From an uncultured delta proteobacterium (lineage in GTDB: Bacteria > Desulfobacterota > Syntrophorhabdia > Syntrophorhabdales > WCHB1-27), in NCBI GenBank assembly GCA_963810935.1, contig CAWEPK010000009.1:192001-256000 (forward strand): 64,000 nt of DNA, in the 5' to 3' direction. Positions 1 through 10,346 of the stretch are shown piece after piece. A program made the translations under genes and the position numbers. Below the pieces are notes generated by a model. It had not been told where the DNA came from. It saw only the letters and a list, made by a program, of their open reading frames with translations, and ran no database searches. Positions within the stretch are counted from its first letter, which is position 1. Each line of letters begins with the position of its first letter.

Positions 1-95
1 GTTGACTATGGCCACTATCCTGTCCACCACCTCCGCCCGGCAAATGCTCGGCAGAAGAAGCGTAAGGAGTGTGCAGCCGATCAGAATAATCCGCT

Positions 96-1052
96 TCATT
101 TTGCCTTACCGGCCTCCGGCTTCGCCGCGGGCGCGCTGGCATCCGGCTTCGCCGGGGCGTCCTTAGCAGGAGCCTTTGCATCTGCGCCTTCCGCCTTAGC
201 GGGCGCCTCACCCTGCTTGGCTTCCTCTTTGAAGAACCCCTCGTTGATGACGATCTTCGAGCTCTTCTTCAGGTCTTCGATATATTTCTGGACCATCTCG
301 GTCTGTTTTTCCTGGAGGATCTTCTGTTTTATAAAGTCCTTCACTTCTGCGAACGGCACATACGTCGGCGCCTTAACCCCTTCGAGCTTTATGATATGGT
401 AGCCGAGCTGTGTCTTCACCGGGTCGCTCACCTGCCCGACCTTCGTCAGCTTGAACGCGGTCTGCTCGTATTCCGGTATCAGCGTGCCTTTCGGATGAAA
501 GCCTATGTCTCCCCCGTTCGCCTTGGCGCTCGGGTCGAGGGAATACTTCTTCGCCAATTCCGCAAAGTCCTCGCCTTTTGCGACCCTTGCCTGAAGCTCC
601 CTGGCTTCCTGCTCGGTCTTCACCACGATCTGTCTCGTCTGGATCTCCCTTTCCTTTTTGAACTCCTCCTTGTGGGCGTCATAGAACTTCTGGAGCTCTT
701 CATCGGAGAACTTCGAGTCCGTCATGATCTTCTTGGCGAGAAGGGACTGTATCGTAAGCTGGTCCTTGAACTCGGAAAGCTTATCCTGGAAATCCTTGCT
801 CTTTTGTATGTCTTCTTTCTTTGCTTCCTTCAGGAGGAGCCTCTGCACGACCATCCTGTCAAGGAAGTTCCTCTTCCCGCTCTGGTTCGCAACGAGCATC
901 TTCATGTTCATCGGTATCTTGTCCAGCTCGTTGTTGAAATCGGCCGCAGTTACCTTGTCCCCGTCTATTGTAGCAACGACCTGACCGTCTTGCTTCTTTG
1001 AGCAGGCTACGAGGGGCAGGAGTAGCATTAATAGAATCACGTACTTTTTCAT
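96..1052 (-). CDS. PpiC/parvulin-type peptidyl-prolyl isomerase, PrsA/SurA-like lipoprotein
   Basis: Lipobox LVAC after MKKY hydrophobic leader; parvulin motifs GEDFAELAKKYSLD..GGDIG and VKTQLGYHIIK. Start moved to ATG at 1052. Confidence 0.9.
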   Translation of the reverse strand: MKKYVILLMLLLPLVACSKKQDGQVVATIDGDKVTAADFNNELDKIPMNMKMLVANQSGKRNFLDRMVVQRLLLKEAKKEDIQKSKDFQDKLSEFKDQLTIQSLLAKKIMTDSKFSDEELQKFYDAHKEEFKKEREIQTRQIVVKTEQEARELQARVAKGEDFAELAKKYSLDPSAKANGGDIGFHPKGTLIPEYEQTAFKLTKVGQVSDPVKTQLGYHIIKLEGVKAPTYVPFAEVKDFIKQKILQEKQTEMVQKYIEDLKKSSKIVINEGFFKEEAKQGEAPAKAEGADAKAPAKDAPAKPDASAPAAKPEAGKAK

Positions 1053-1077
1053 GGTCACCTCATTTTGTTGTTTTATA

Positions 1078-4000
1078 TCACACCGCAACAAGCTCCAGCA
1101 AGATATTTCTTGCCGCGCTTACGATATCTTCCATCCTTCGGTCGCTCTGTATAACGATCCTTCCGTCGGGCAGCAGCTTCACCTTTTCCTTGCCGTCCTT
1201 GGCCATTTTCACTATCTTTTTCATGTCGAGGGGCGTCCGGTCAGTCACCTGGAGGATGATCTGCTTCCCGGTGTATTCAAGCCGCTTCATTTTCATCCCC
1301 ATAAGCATGACCTTGAGACCTATGACGTCCAGCAGGTTGCCTAGCGGGCCGGGGACGGGGCCGTAGCGGTCTTTCAGCTCTTCTCTCATGTCGGTCAGCT
1401 CCTCGTCCGTCTTGATCTTCGACAACCGCTTGTACGTCAAGAGCTTGCTCGTCTCGTCGCCTATGTAGGAATCCGGGATATAGGCGCTTAGGGGTATCTT
1501 GATCTCCGTAACAAGCTCCTCCTCTTCGGGGCCGTTGCTCCGCAGGGCCCTGACCGCCTCTTCCAGCATCTTACAGTAAAGCTCGAAGCCTATAAGGTTT
1601 ATGTGGCCGGACTGCTCTTTTCCGAGCAGGTTGCCCGCGCCCCTTATCTCCAGGTCATAATTGGCGACTTTAAGGCCTGCGCCAAGCTCGGTCATCTCCT
1701 CCAGGATCTTCAGCCTGACCAGGGAGTCCCTGGCAAGCGTCTCTTCCTTAGGGACGAGCAGGTACGCGTACCCCTGTTTCGTGCTCCGGCCCACCCTGCC
1801 CCGGAGCTGGTAGAGGTCGGCCAGCCCGAACCTGTGCGCGTTGTTGATGAAGATCGTGTTGACGTTCGATATGTCCAGCCCGGATTCGATAATGTTGGTC
1901 GAGAGGAGGACGTCGTATTTGCCGCCTATGAAGTCGAGCATGATGCGCTCCAGCACCTTGCCGTTCATCTTGCCGTGCGCGACCGCAATCTTTACGTCCG
2001 GCAGGAGCTTTTTCAAGTGCTCGTGGACGACCCCGATGTTGTAAATAACGTTGTGGACGAAGAAGACCTGCCCGCCCCTTTGCAGCTCGCCCTCGATCGC
2101 CTTCGTGATCACCCCGTCGTTGAACTTCACCACCTGCGTCTTCACTGCCAGGCGGTCGAGCGGCGGCGTATTGATTATGCTTAAGTCCCTGATGCCGGTT
2201 ATCGCCATATGGAGCGTCCGGGGGATGGGGGTGGCGCTTAAGGTAAGGACGTCCACGTTTTTCTTCATCAGCTTCAGCTTCTCTTTATGCTTCACGCCGA
2301 AGCGGTGCTCTTCGTCTATGACAAGAAGGCCCAGGTCCTTGAACTCCACGTCCTTTTGAAGGATGCGCTGGGTGCCGATGACCATATCGACGCCGCCCTT
2401 CTTCAAGCGTTCGGCCACCTGGGCCTGGTCTTCCCTGGACCTGAACCTGGAGAGCATCTCCACGTTGACCGGATAATCCCTGAAGCGCTCCGAGAAGGTC
2501 TTGTAGTGCTGCTGCGCGAGGACCGTGGTCGGCACGAGGAGGGCCACCTGCTTGTTGTCGATCATCACCTTGAACGCGGAGCGGATGGCGACCTCGGTCT
2601 TGCCGAAGCCCACATCCCCGCATACGATCCGGTCCATGGGCCGCTGCTTCATCAGGTCGTCGAGGACCTCCCTGATGACCCTCTGCTGGCCTTCCGTCTC
2701 CTCGTACTCGAAACGCTCCTCCATTTCCCTGAAAACCTCGTCGTCCGGAGGGAAGGCGTGCCCCTTCGCCAATTCCCGCTCGGCGTAGAACTGTATAAGC
2801 TCCTTGGCGATGTCTTCGACGTACTTCTTGACCCTGTTCTTCGTATTTTTCCAGTAGCCGCCGCCGAGCTTGTCTATCTTCGGCTTAATCTTCTCGCCGC
2901 CCACGTATTTCTGGACCAGCTCCAGTGAATCGACAGGTACGTAAAGCCTGTCCTCATCCTGGTACTCGATGAGGAGAAAGTCTTTTTCCGAGCCCTCGAG
3001 ACTCAGCTTCTTTATGCCCTTGTAAACGCCTATCCCGTGCTCGATGTGGACGATACATTCGCCGACTGCCAGGTCCTTGAAGGAGTTGAGGAACTCATCG
3101 ACGCCCCCCCACTTGTGCTTCACCGTCCGCTTCTTCGGGCCCACGATATCTTCTTCCGTAAGGAGTATCATGGAGGACGTCCTGAACCCTCTTCTCAGCG
3201 GACCGACCACGATGGCCCATTCTTTTTCCTTGCCGTCGACCGACAGCTCGGAGATAACCGGCAGGGCGACGCCGTAATTCTTGAGGATCTCCTGAAGCCT
3301 TTCCGCCTGGTGGCGGTTGGCGGCGGAAAGGTAGACAAAGGGGACTGACGCCCACTCGCCCATCATCTTCTCGCTTAAGGACTTGAACACCTCGTTCCTG
3401 CGCGACTCGAATATCCCCCGCAGGTCTCTGTTGGACGCGGTTTCCAGTACCATCCCGTCCTCTTCGCCCCTTATGCCGGATACGTCCACGTTAAGGAGCG
3501 AGACGAGCCTTTGCCTCATCGCGTCCGCCTGCGCCGTCCCTTCTATCTTCCTGCACAGCTCGTCGATGCCCCTGTGCACTACGACCGAATCGTCGGTAAG
3601 GTAATCGATGATGGTTACTCCGTCATCGGCGGCAACCCCGGCCGGTGTCACGATAACCCGCTCTATCTCGCCCTGCGACCTCTGGCTCACCGGGTCAAAA
3701 AACCTTAATGAATAGACCTGGTCGCCCAAAAACTCGATCCTCACCGGCTTCGGGGAAGAAGGGGGAAAAAGGTCAATAATGGCGCCCCTCTTCGCGAACT
3801 CACCCTGCTCGCGGACGATCGGGGTCACCTCGTATCCCGCATCCGCGAGATAGGCGACCAGCTCTTCCTGAAACACGGTCTGTCCGAACTCCACCTCCAT
3901 CGATTTCTCAACCAGCCGGCCGGCCGGGGAGAGGGGGGCGTTAAGGGCCTCGACGGGGAACAGGCCTATGAAACCCGGGTCGGTAAAGAGGCGGTAAAGG

Positions 4001-4287
4001 AAGCTTATCCTCTTGGACTCGTCCTCTTTCTCAAAAATCCTGTGGCTGTACACGGGGAAATAGCTGACCGGCTTCTTCGAGAAGAACTCGATCTCTTCCC
4101 GCAACAGCAGGGCCTCGTCCTCCCCCTCGTAGAAGACGATGGTCCTCCGGCCGGGTATCCGGGAAAGAAAGAACGAGAGGAACGACTCGATCTTCCCTGT
4201 AATGTATACATAGCCTTTTTCGGGAATAGAATACACGCCAATCCTTCGCGCAAAACAGGCGGCTGCCTGAAGCGCCGCCTGCCGCAT
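1078..4287 (-). CDS. mfd: Transcription-repair coupling factor Mfd
   Basis: CarD/RID region VHIEHGIG, GDVGFGKTEVA, DEEHRFG, QLRGRVGR, TRG motif DLEIRGAGNLLG. Start may be the internal GTG (VYSIPEK). Confidence 0.97.
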   Translation of the reverse strand: MRQAALQAAACFARRIGVYSIPEKGYVYITGKIESFLSFFLSRIPGRRTIVFYEGEDEALLLREEIEFFSKKPVSYFPVYSHRIFEKEDESKRISFLYRLFTDPGFIGLFPVEALNAPLSPAGRLVEKSMEVEFGQTVFQEELVAYLADAGYEVTPIVREQGEFAKRGAIIDLFPPSSPKPVRIEFLGDQVYSLRFFDPVSQRSQGEIERVIVTPAGVAADDGVTIIDYLTDDSVVVHRGIDELCRKIEGTAQADAMRQRLVSLLNVDVSGIRGEEDGMVLETASNRDLRGIFESRRNEVFKSLSEKMMGEWASVPFVYLSAANRHQAERLQEILKNYGVALPVISELSVDGKEKEWAIVVGPLRRGFRTSSMILLTEEDIVGPKKRTVKHKWGGVDEFLNSFKDLAVGECIVHIEHGIGVYKGIKKLSLEGSEKDFLLIEYQDEDRLYVPVDSLELVQKYVGGEKIKPKIDKLGGGYWKNTKNRVKKYVEDIAKELIQFYAERELAKGHAFPPDDEVFREMEERFEYEETEGQQRVIREVLDDLMKQRPMDRIVCGDVGFGKTEVAIRSAFKVMIDNKQVALLVPTTVLAQQHYKTFSERFRDYPVNVEMLSRFRSREDQAQVAERLKKGGVDMVIGTQRILQKDVEFKDLGLLVIDEEHRFGVKHKEKLKLMKKNVDVLTLSATPIPRTLHMAITGIRDLSIINTPPLDRLAVKTQVVKFNDGVITKAIEGELQRGGQVFFVHNVIYNIGVVHEHLKKLLPDVKIAVAHGKMNGKVLERIMLDFIGGKYDVLLSTNIIESGLDISNVNTIFINNAHRFGLADLYQLRGRVGRSTKQGYAYLLVPKEETLARDSLVRLKILEEMTELGAGLKVANYDLEIRGAGNLLGKEQSGHINLIGFELYCKMLEEAVRALRSNGPEEEELVTEIKIPLSAYIPDSYIGDETSKLLTYKRLSKIKTDEELTDMREELKDRYGPVPGPLGNLLDVIGLKVMLMGMKMKRLEYTGKQIILQVTDRTPLDMKKIVKMAKDGKEKVKLLPDGRIVIQSDRRMEDIVSAARNILLELVAV

Positions 4288-4325
4288 GAGAGGTAATTAT
4301 ACCAGTTTTTTCAGCGAGTATCAGT

Positions 4326-4509
4326 ATTGGGGCTCAGCGCCCCCTCCACGAGCAAAGCTCGCGGAGCCTCCCCGCTCGGCGCTTCGCATTCGCTCGCTTT
4401 ATTACTGCCGCGCTCGGCACTCGCTCTGGCAGTAATCGGGCTTAAGCACCATCTCACCGGCAAAGCCCGTGGAGCCCTCCCCCTTTAGGCGGGCGCTTCG
4501 CTTGCTTTA
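4326..4509 (+). repeat. REP-like intergenic repeat, locus 1 (about two units)
   Basis: ATTGGGGCTCAGCGCCCCCTCCACG..GCAAAGC..GCCTCCCCGCTCGGCGCTTCGCATTCGCTCGCTTT, shared with 6495-6748, 53828-54013 and 62897-63068. Confidence 0.8.
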
Positions 4510-4550
4510 GGTAGGCATCGTGAGGGGCAGGCAGATCGATAGGGGGGGGG

Positions 4551-5153
4551 TTACGGGTCGGGCAGCAGGCAGAGGGTCTTTGCGTACTCACCCATGACCG
4601 CGCCGGTGTAGCGCGCCTGGCGCCCCGGCTTGCGGTGGCCGGGCTTGCCTGGGGGTCGGGCTTTTATCCTCTTTGCGCCCCTGTTGTAAGCGTCGAGCGC
4701 CACCGGTATATGCGTAAAGTCCTTGATAAGGCTCGAAAGGTGGTGCACCCCGATCTTTATGTTCTTTCCCGGCTCCCGGAGCTGCGCCTTGCCCGTCCAG
4801 CTCATCCCTATGATTTTTGCGACACTTCTGCCGACGGACGGCTTTATCTGGAGCAGCCCCATGGCGCCCTTGCGCGAGACGGCATCCTCGTTGAAATTGC
4901 TCTCGACCTTCATGACGGCCAATATCAGCCTGTAATCGATCCGGTAACTGCTTGATTCCCGATAGACGTGGTCTGCAATGGCCGCCGTCTGCCGCTCGCT
5001 TAAGGCCGCGTTCTCCTTCTTCATATAGACGGCGATCTCCTTGATGACTTTTTGGTATCGGGCCTGCTCTCTCGCGTCCTCAGGAGCGGCAAGGCGCAAC
5101 GGGAGGAGTACAACCAGCGACACGAGTAAGATGCAGACTTTGCCCATATGCAC
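4551..5153 (-). CDS. Lytic transglycosylase (SLT domain), exported
   Basis: AVMKVESNF (catalytic Glu), SRKGAMGLLQI, AYNRG motifs; N-terminal signal peptide. Confidence 0.9.
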   Translation of the reverse strand: MHMGKVCILLVSLVVLLPLRLAAPEDAREQARYQKVIKEIAVYMKKENAALSERQTAAIADHVYRESSSYRIDYRLILAVMKVESNFNEDAVSRKGAMGLLQIKPSVGRSVAKIIGMSWTGKAQLREPGKNIKIGVHHLSSLIKDFTHIPVALDAYNRGAKRIKARPPGKPGHRKPGRQARYTGAVMGEYAKTLCLLPDP

Positions 5154-5402
5154 AATATGAGTCGCGCATGTCTGACGGTCAATCGGGCGAACCGGGCGTG
5201 CGCGCAGAAAGGCAAGCGCATAAAATGGCGTCTTTCAGGGCAAAACGAAGGGACAGAGCGAGAAGGCTCCAACGGAAAGAACCGTCCCCTCAAACCCGGT
5301 TGCAGGGAAACCTTACGTCCGAAGACTGCGCGGGCAGGCACCTTTAGACTGCCAAAAGGTGCGATACGGCGTAAGCCCATGGTTTGCAAAAACGGCAACT
5401 CC

Positions 5403-5430
5403 TTGCAATGCGCCGTTGCCGAGCTATAAT
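5403..5430 (+). promoter_or_regulatory. Putative sigma70 promoter for the C39 peptidase operon
   Basis: TTGCAA-16 nt-TATAAT about 45 nt upstream of ATG 5474. Confidence 0.55.
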
Positions 5431-5473
5431 TTTTAAAGGCGACAGGGCCGCGAGCCTAAAAAAAGGGGGGGAT

Positions 5474-6076
5474 ATGCCCGAACGATGTCCGGTCCGTCGC
5501 CGCGAGGATCCCGCCCGGCCCGCCCTGCGGTTCAAGGCCTCCCTGGTTCTCGCCCTTCTGCTGCTATGGGCGCCCGCGTGCAGCACCGCGCCCGTGCAGC
5601 CGGGCGCTACCCCTGTTATCATCCCGGACGTGCCCTTTTTCAGCCAGGAGGCCTATCAGTGCGGCCCCACGGCACTCGCAACGGTCATGGACTACTGGCA
5701 TACTAAAACGGGGGCAGGCAAATGGGTCACCCCCGAGGAGATCGGGTTTGCGATTTACAGCCCCACGGCAAGGGGCGTCCTCGGCATGGACCTTGAGATG
5801 TACGCCCGGAAGCACGGCTTTGCGACAGAGCAGTACTCCGGGGGCCTGGACGACCTGAAAAAACGGGTTGACATGGGCATCCCGCCGATAATCTTCGTCG
5901 ATTACGGCTTTCTCTCATACGAGTTAAACCACTTCATGGTCGTGACGGGATATACGAAAAACGCCATCATAGTCAACTCGGGCAGCCGCCGGAACGAAAT
6001 GGTGCCGGCCGGGCAACTGGAAAAGATATGGAGGAAGAACCGCCATTGGACGCTCTTGTTAAAACCGTCGCCCTGA
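5474..6076 (+). CDS. Peptidase C39-like cysteine peptidase (PA2778 family), probable lipoprotein
   Basis: VPFFSQEAYQCGPTALA (catalytic Cys), NHFMVVTGY (His); APAC lipobox-like site. Confidence 0.85.
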   Translation: MPERCPVRRREDPARPALRFKASLVLALLLLWAPACSTAPVQPGATPVIIPDVPFFSQEAYQCGPTALATVMDYWHTKTGAGKWVTPEEIGFAIYSPTARGVLGMDLEMYARKHGFATEQYSGGLDDLKKRVDMGIPPIIFVDYGFLSYELNHFMVVTGYTKNAIIVNSGSRRNEMVPAGQLEKIWRKNRHWTLLLKPSP

Positions 6077-6495
6077 TACTGCTGAGCCTGGCGATTACAG
6101 GCTGCACCATGCCGAGGATCGCCGCATTCAGGGACCCCCTTACCCCACAGGAGCATATCAACCTGGGGGTCTCTTACGAGCAAAAAGGGGAGCTGGACGC
6201 CGCGCTTAAGGAATACAAAACTGCCGAGAGAAAGGCGCCCATCGCCTATCTTTACAAGGGCAACGTCTATTTCCAGCAGAACGATTTCGACAGCGCCGAA
6301 AAGGCTTACCGGAAGGCGATAAAAAAGACGGGATCGCCGGAGGCGCACAACAATCTCGCCTGGCTCTACTACACGAACGATGTAAAGCTCGATGAAGCGG
6401 AGCGGCTGGCGGAAAGGGCAGTCGAGCTCTCACCCGCATCCGCCGGCTTTAAGGATACCCTCGACAAGATCAGGAAAAAAAGGGGGACTGATTAA
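6046..6495 (+). CDS. TPR-repeat lipoprotein
   Basis: ITGC lipobox; TPR motifs HINLGVSY, AYLYKGNVY, AHNNLAWLY. TTG 6046 follows GGAGGA; alternative start ATG 6028. Confidence 0.85.
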   Translation: MDALVKTVALILLSLAITGCTMPRIAAFRDPLTPQEHINLGVSYEQKGELDAALKEYKTAERKAPIAYLYKGNVYFQQNDFDSAEKAYRKAIKKTGSPEAHNNLAWLYYTNDVKLDEAERLAERAVELSPASAGFKDTLDKIRKKRGTD

Positions 6496-6748
6496 TGACC
6501 CCGCTGCTTGCAGCAGGGTCGTAAAGCGAGCGTATGGCGAGCGCTTAAGCGGTGAGGCCGGGGCACCCGCCCGACGTAAGGAGGCAAGGATCGTAGGAAG
6601 GGCTGCTGAACCCCGATGATTGCCGCTGGACCCCAGCGGCAATAAAGCAAGCGAATGCGCCGAGCCGAGCGGGGAGGCCGGGGCACCCGCCCGACGTAAG
6701 GAGGGAAGGGTCGCAGCTTTGCCCGTGGAGGGGGCGCTGAGCCCCAAT
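6495..6748 (-). repeat. REP-like intergenic repeat, locus 2 (two units, 120-nt period)
   Basis: Identical 31-mer GAGGCCGGGGCACCCGCCCGACGTAAGGAGG at 6554 and 6674; reverse-complement match to locus 1 core. Confidence 0.85.
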
Positions 6749-6839
6749 GATTGCCCTTTACAGCAGTCCGCTCCGTAGTTATATATGTAAGGTAGCACTG
6801 AAATATCCCGTCAAAACATAAACGAACGGAAGAGAGGCG

Positions 6840-7223
6840 ATGGCAAAGAAGCTGCTCACCTGGTATCTTGCGTTCGTCATGGCCCTTTTGGCTTTGGCCC
6901 CTCGTGTCGATGCCTTCTTTGCGCCGACCTCCCCTTCGAGCGCCGCGCAGGTCTCCGGCGACGAACGGACGGACAGGGCGAGGATCGAGGAATTCCTGGA
7001 GGGCAGGCTGGTCAGGGGCAGGCTTCAGGCGATAGGCTTTACCAGGGCGGAGATAGATGAAAGGCTGGCGGGCCTCACGGGGAAACAGCTCCACGAGCTG
7101 GCATCGAGGCTCGAAGACGTTAAAACCGGCGGGGCGGCCGAGGGGATCCTTATCGGCCTTCTGATCATCGTGCTGTTCATCGGCGTCGTCCTACCCCTTC
7201 TGGGCATCAGGATATGGAGGTAA
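6840..7223 (+). CDS. PA2779-family protein (signal peptide, C-terminal Gly-Gly plus TM segment)
   Basis: Signal peptide; DRARIEEFL...RLQAIGF..AEIDERLAGLT..QLHELA; KTGG then hydrophobic tail; next to a PA2778-like peptidase. Confidence 0.8.
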   Translation: MAKKLLTWYLAFVMALLALAPRVDAFFAPTSPSSAAQVSGDERTDRARIEEFLEGRLVRGRLQAIGFTRAEIDERLAGLTGKQLHELASRLEDVKTGGAAEGILIGLLIIVLFIGVVLPLLGIRIWR

Positions 7224-7236
7224 TGCAGGGCGGGCC

Positions 7237-8265
7237 TCAAAATGACAGAACGATCATGCCCTTCGGCTCATCGACGAACTCGCCTATCACCCAGAACTGC
7301 GTTCCGTTCAGGGATGCGCATCGACCGAAGGCATCAAGTGAGTCTTTTCCTACCGCTATGAGAAGGCCCCCCGACGTCTGGGGGTCGTAAATGATGTCCG
7401 CAAAAAAGCCGCTCGCTGCACCGCTTATATATTTTTCGTAGAAAGACCTGTTGCGGTAGAGGCCGGCCGGCACGAAGCCCGAAGCGGCCAGGGCGACCGC
7501 GTCTTTGAAGTAAGGCAATTTTTCAGGGAACAGCCTGACGCCTATTGACCCCTTTATCATCTCGGTCAGGTGGCCCACAAGGCCGAATCCCGTCACATCC
7601 GTCGCAGCGTGTGCGCCCGCGACCCTCATCGCTTCCGCGCCGCGGTCGTTGAGCGCGGCCATGACCCCGATAAGCTCGCGCGCCGCCTCCTCCCCTACCA
7701 TATCGCCTTTGATGCCCGTGTTCATGATGCCCGTGCCCAGGGGCTTTGTCAGGACCAGTTGGTCGCCGGGCCTCGCACCCTCGTTTCTCATGATCTTATC
7801 CGGGTGGACGACGCCGGTGACCGATAGGCCGTACTTGATCTCCGGGTCATCGACGCTGTGGCCGCCCATCAGGCTCACATGCGCCTCCCGCAGCTTGTCC
7901 GCACCTCCCCGCAGGATCTCTTTCAGCACATCGAGCTTGAATCTTTCGGGCGAGAAGCAGACGATGTTCATGGCCGTCTTCGGGACCGCCCCCATCGCAT
8001 AGATGTCGGACAGGGAGTTCGCTGCGGCTATACGGCCGAAATCGTAGGGGTCGTCGACGACCGGAGGGAAGAAATCGACCGTCTGGACAAGGGCCAGATC
8101 GTCGCTGATCTTGTAGACGCCTGCGTCCTCGAACCCCTCTATGCCGACCAGCACGTTCTCATCGGCCGGTATCTCGATGCCGCAAAGAATGTCGGACAGG
8201 TCCCCCGGACCTATCTTCGACGCTCAGCCGCCGCCCCTGGCCTGTTTCGCTAACCGCTCCGCCAT
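7237..8265 (-). CDS. selD: Selenophosphate synthetase SelD, selenoprotein (in-frame UGA at codon 14)
   Basis: Extending upstream through TGA (8224-8226) gives MAERLAKQARGGG-U-ASKIGPGDL; also QTVDFFPPVVDDP, GGHSVDD, TDVTGFGL, DPQTSGGLL. Confidence 0.95.
8191..8221 (-). promoter_or_regulatory. Putative bacterial SECIS hairpin in selD
   Basis: Just 3' of UGA: GUCG-AAGAU-AGGUC-CGGGG-GACCU-GUC-CGAC, a stem with a G-rich apical loop. Confidence 0.7.
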
Positions 8266-8338
8266 TGCAAGCTCTCCTTTCCTGCCAATAATTATAGCAC
8301 CGAACGCTCATCCGGTGTAAAATGGGGAGACGCGAGCC

Positions 8339-9353
8339 ATGTCTGAAACTATAAGCGATATAGGCGAATTCGGTCTCATCCGGAAGATACGCTCGATTAT
8401 CGAGAACGAGGGCGTGAAGGCCGAAAGGCTGACGGAAGGCATCGGCGACGATGCCGCCTCCTTCCTCCCGCACCCCGGATACGAGCTTCTCGTTACGTGC
8501 GATTCCATAGTCGAAGGGCGCCATTACCTGCCCCGCGTTATCGAAGGATACGACCTCGGGCTGCGGGCAATGACTGCAAACATCAGCGATATAGGCGCTA
8601 TGGGCGGTGCGCCCCTTTACGCCCTGGTCTCCCTCGGGCTGAAAGGCGGGACGCCGGTCGCGGAGATAGAGGCCCTTTACCGGGGGTTTTTATCCGGCCT
8701 GAACCCGTTTGGGGCCTGCATTATAGGCGGCAACGTAGCGGAAGCGGCTGTGCCGTTTATCGATATCACACTGATCGGCGAGATTGAGCTGGGCAGGTCG
8801 GTCCGCAGGAGCGGAGCGGGACCGGGAGACGCCGTCCTGCTTACCGGCTGTACCGGGCGGGCCGCAGCCGGACTGCGCCTCCTCCTCGACGCACCCGGCG
8901 ACACGGGGCTGTACGCAAACCCCCTCGTTAGGGCATATATCGCCCCTTCCCACAGGGCGCTTTTCGGGCGCGCGGTGGCTGCGGCGGGATACGCGACGGC
9001 AATGATCGACACGAGCGACGGGCTTGCCGGCGACCTCACCCACATCTGCGAGGAGAGCGGGACAGGGGCAGAGGCTGATCGAAAAAGCGATACCGCTTGA
9101 CGACGGCCTCGCAGAGGCCGCGCGCTCTTTTCGCCTCGACCCTTACGTCATGGCCCTCGGCGCGAGTGACGATTACGAGCTTATCATTACGTGCGCACCC
9201 AGCCGGGCAGCGGAGATCAAGACCCTTGCTGCGGACCGGGACGTGCCGTTAACTGAAATCGGGAAGATCGTGGAAGGTAGTGGGGTGAGCCTCGTGCTGC
9301 CGGACGGCGAAAAGCGCCCTGTCGGCAGGGAAGGCTGGGACCATTTCAGGTAG
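8339..9353 (+). CDS. thiL: Thiamine-monophosphate kinase ThiL (apparent +1 frameshift near 9073)
   Basis: GEFGLI, GIGDDAA, NISDIGAMG, IDTSDGL in 8339-9100; GASDDYEL and GWDHF in 9024-9353. Removing one G of GAGG-CTG rejoins the frames. Confidence 0.9.
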
Positions 9354-9377
9354 ACAGATTTTTTAAGCCGTGCGGCC

Positions 9378-9869
9378 CTATATCTTCCGTATGACCCTTC
9401 TGGCGCGCCGCAAACCTTTGGATGCCTTACGGGGGTTTCCCTTCTTGTCGGCCCTGCCTTCGGCCTCCCCCGAGTCGCCTTTGCCCATAATGGCCGCCTC
9501 CAGCCGGTCGGTAGTTACGAAGGGGACGCCGTGCCTCTTCGCCTCATCGATAATAGCCCGGTCGGACGTCGCAACGACCAGCCCCGGCGGCCGTGTGCGT
9601 ATGGTCTCAATTATAATCTGGTCGGCAGTCTCGCCCCTTTTCGAGTAGATGATCTCGATGCCCCTGTGCCGGTCCCTCTCCCTCGCCAGCGAGGTGCCGC
9701 CTCCCCCGTCGAAGACGACGGTTATACGGACCTGCTTTTCCTGTTTGTATCGGGACAATTCGTCGAGAATATAAAGGCGGCCGCCTTCGAGGTTGGCCGG
9801 GTCGAACCGGACCTGTGCGCCGCTTCTCCTTATGAAATTGTAACCGTCGATCAGGAGGTGCGCTGCCAT
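9378..9869 (-). CDS. YacP/Rae1-like NYN-domain ribonuclease
   Basis: LLIDGYN, VVFDG, ETADQII, VATSDR motifs. Confidence 0.85.
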   Translation of the reverse strand: MAAHLLIDGYNFIRRSGAQVRFDPANLEGGRLYILDELSRYKQEKQVRITVVFDGGGGTSLARERDRHRGIEIIYSKRGETADQIIIETIRTRPPGLVVATSDRAIIDEAKRHGVPFVTTDRLEAAIMGKGDSGEAEGRADKKGNPRKASKGLRRARRVIRKI

Positions 9870-9902
9870 GGGCGTTCGTCCGGCATCCCGGATGACAATC
9901 TG

Positions 9903-10346
9903 TCAGGCAGCATCGTTTTTATCCCCGCCGGCGCTTTCCACCCTTCCGTAACGCTCTTTGAAAACCTTGTCGAGGACGCCGTTGACGAAGTCCTTCGAAT
10001 CGTCTCCGCCGAACTTCTTGGCAAGCTCGAGGGCCTCGTCAATGGCGACTTTCGGCGGCACCTCGGGCGAGTAGAGCATCTCGAAGATGGCGACCCTCAG
10101 TATGTTTTTGTCTACGTAGGTGATCCTGCCTATCTTCCAGTTCTCGGAAGCGTCCGATATATAAGAATCGAGCGTGGCTTGCTCTTTTTTCACCCCGGAC
10201 AGAAGTAACCTCGTGTATTCGACGATCTCGTCCTGGTATGGAAATATCTTGAGATACCGGTCGAGCGCCGGGCCTACGGCATCGAGGTTAACTTCGACCT
10301 GGTAAAGCATCTTAAGCGCTAATTCCCTGGCTTTCCTTCTCCGCAC
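9903..10346 (-). CDS. nusB: Transcription antitermination factor NusB
   Basis: [31 protein letters not shown]. Confidence 0.95.
   Translation of the reverse strand: MRRRKARELALKMLYQVEVNLDAVGPALDRYLKIFPYQDEIVEYTRLLLSGVKKEQATLDSYISDASENWKIGRITYVDKNILRVAIFEMLYSPEVPPKVAIDEALELAKKFGGDDSKDFVNGVLDKVFKERYGRVESAGGDKNDAA

Noticed and set aside
5458..5473. Phase-variable A/G homopolymer at the C39 gene RBS (also G9 at 4542-4550)
   Set aside because: Tracts are short and non-coding, with no evidence of length variation from a single sequence.
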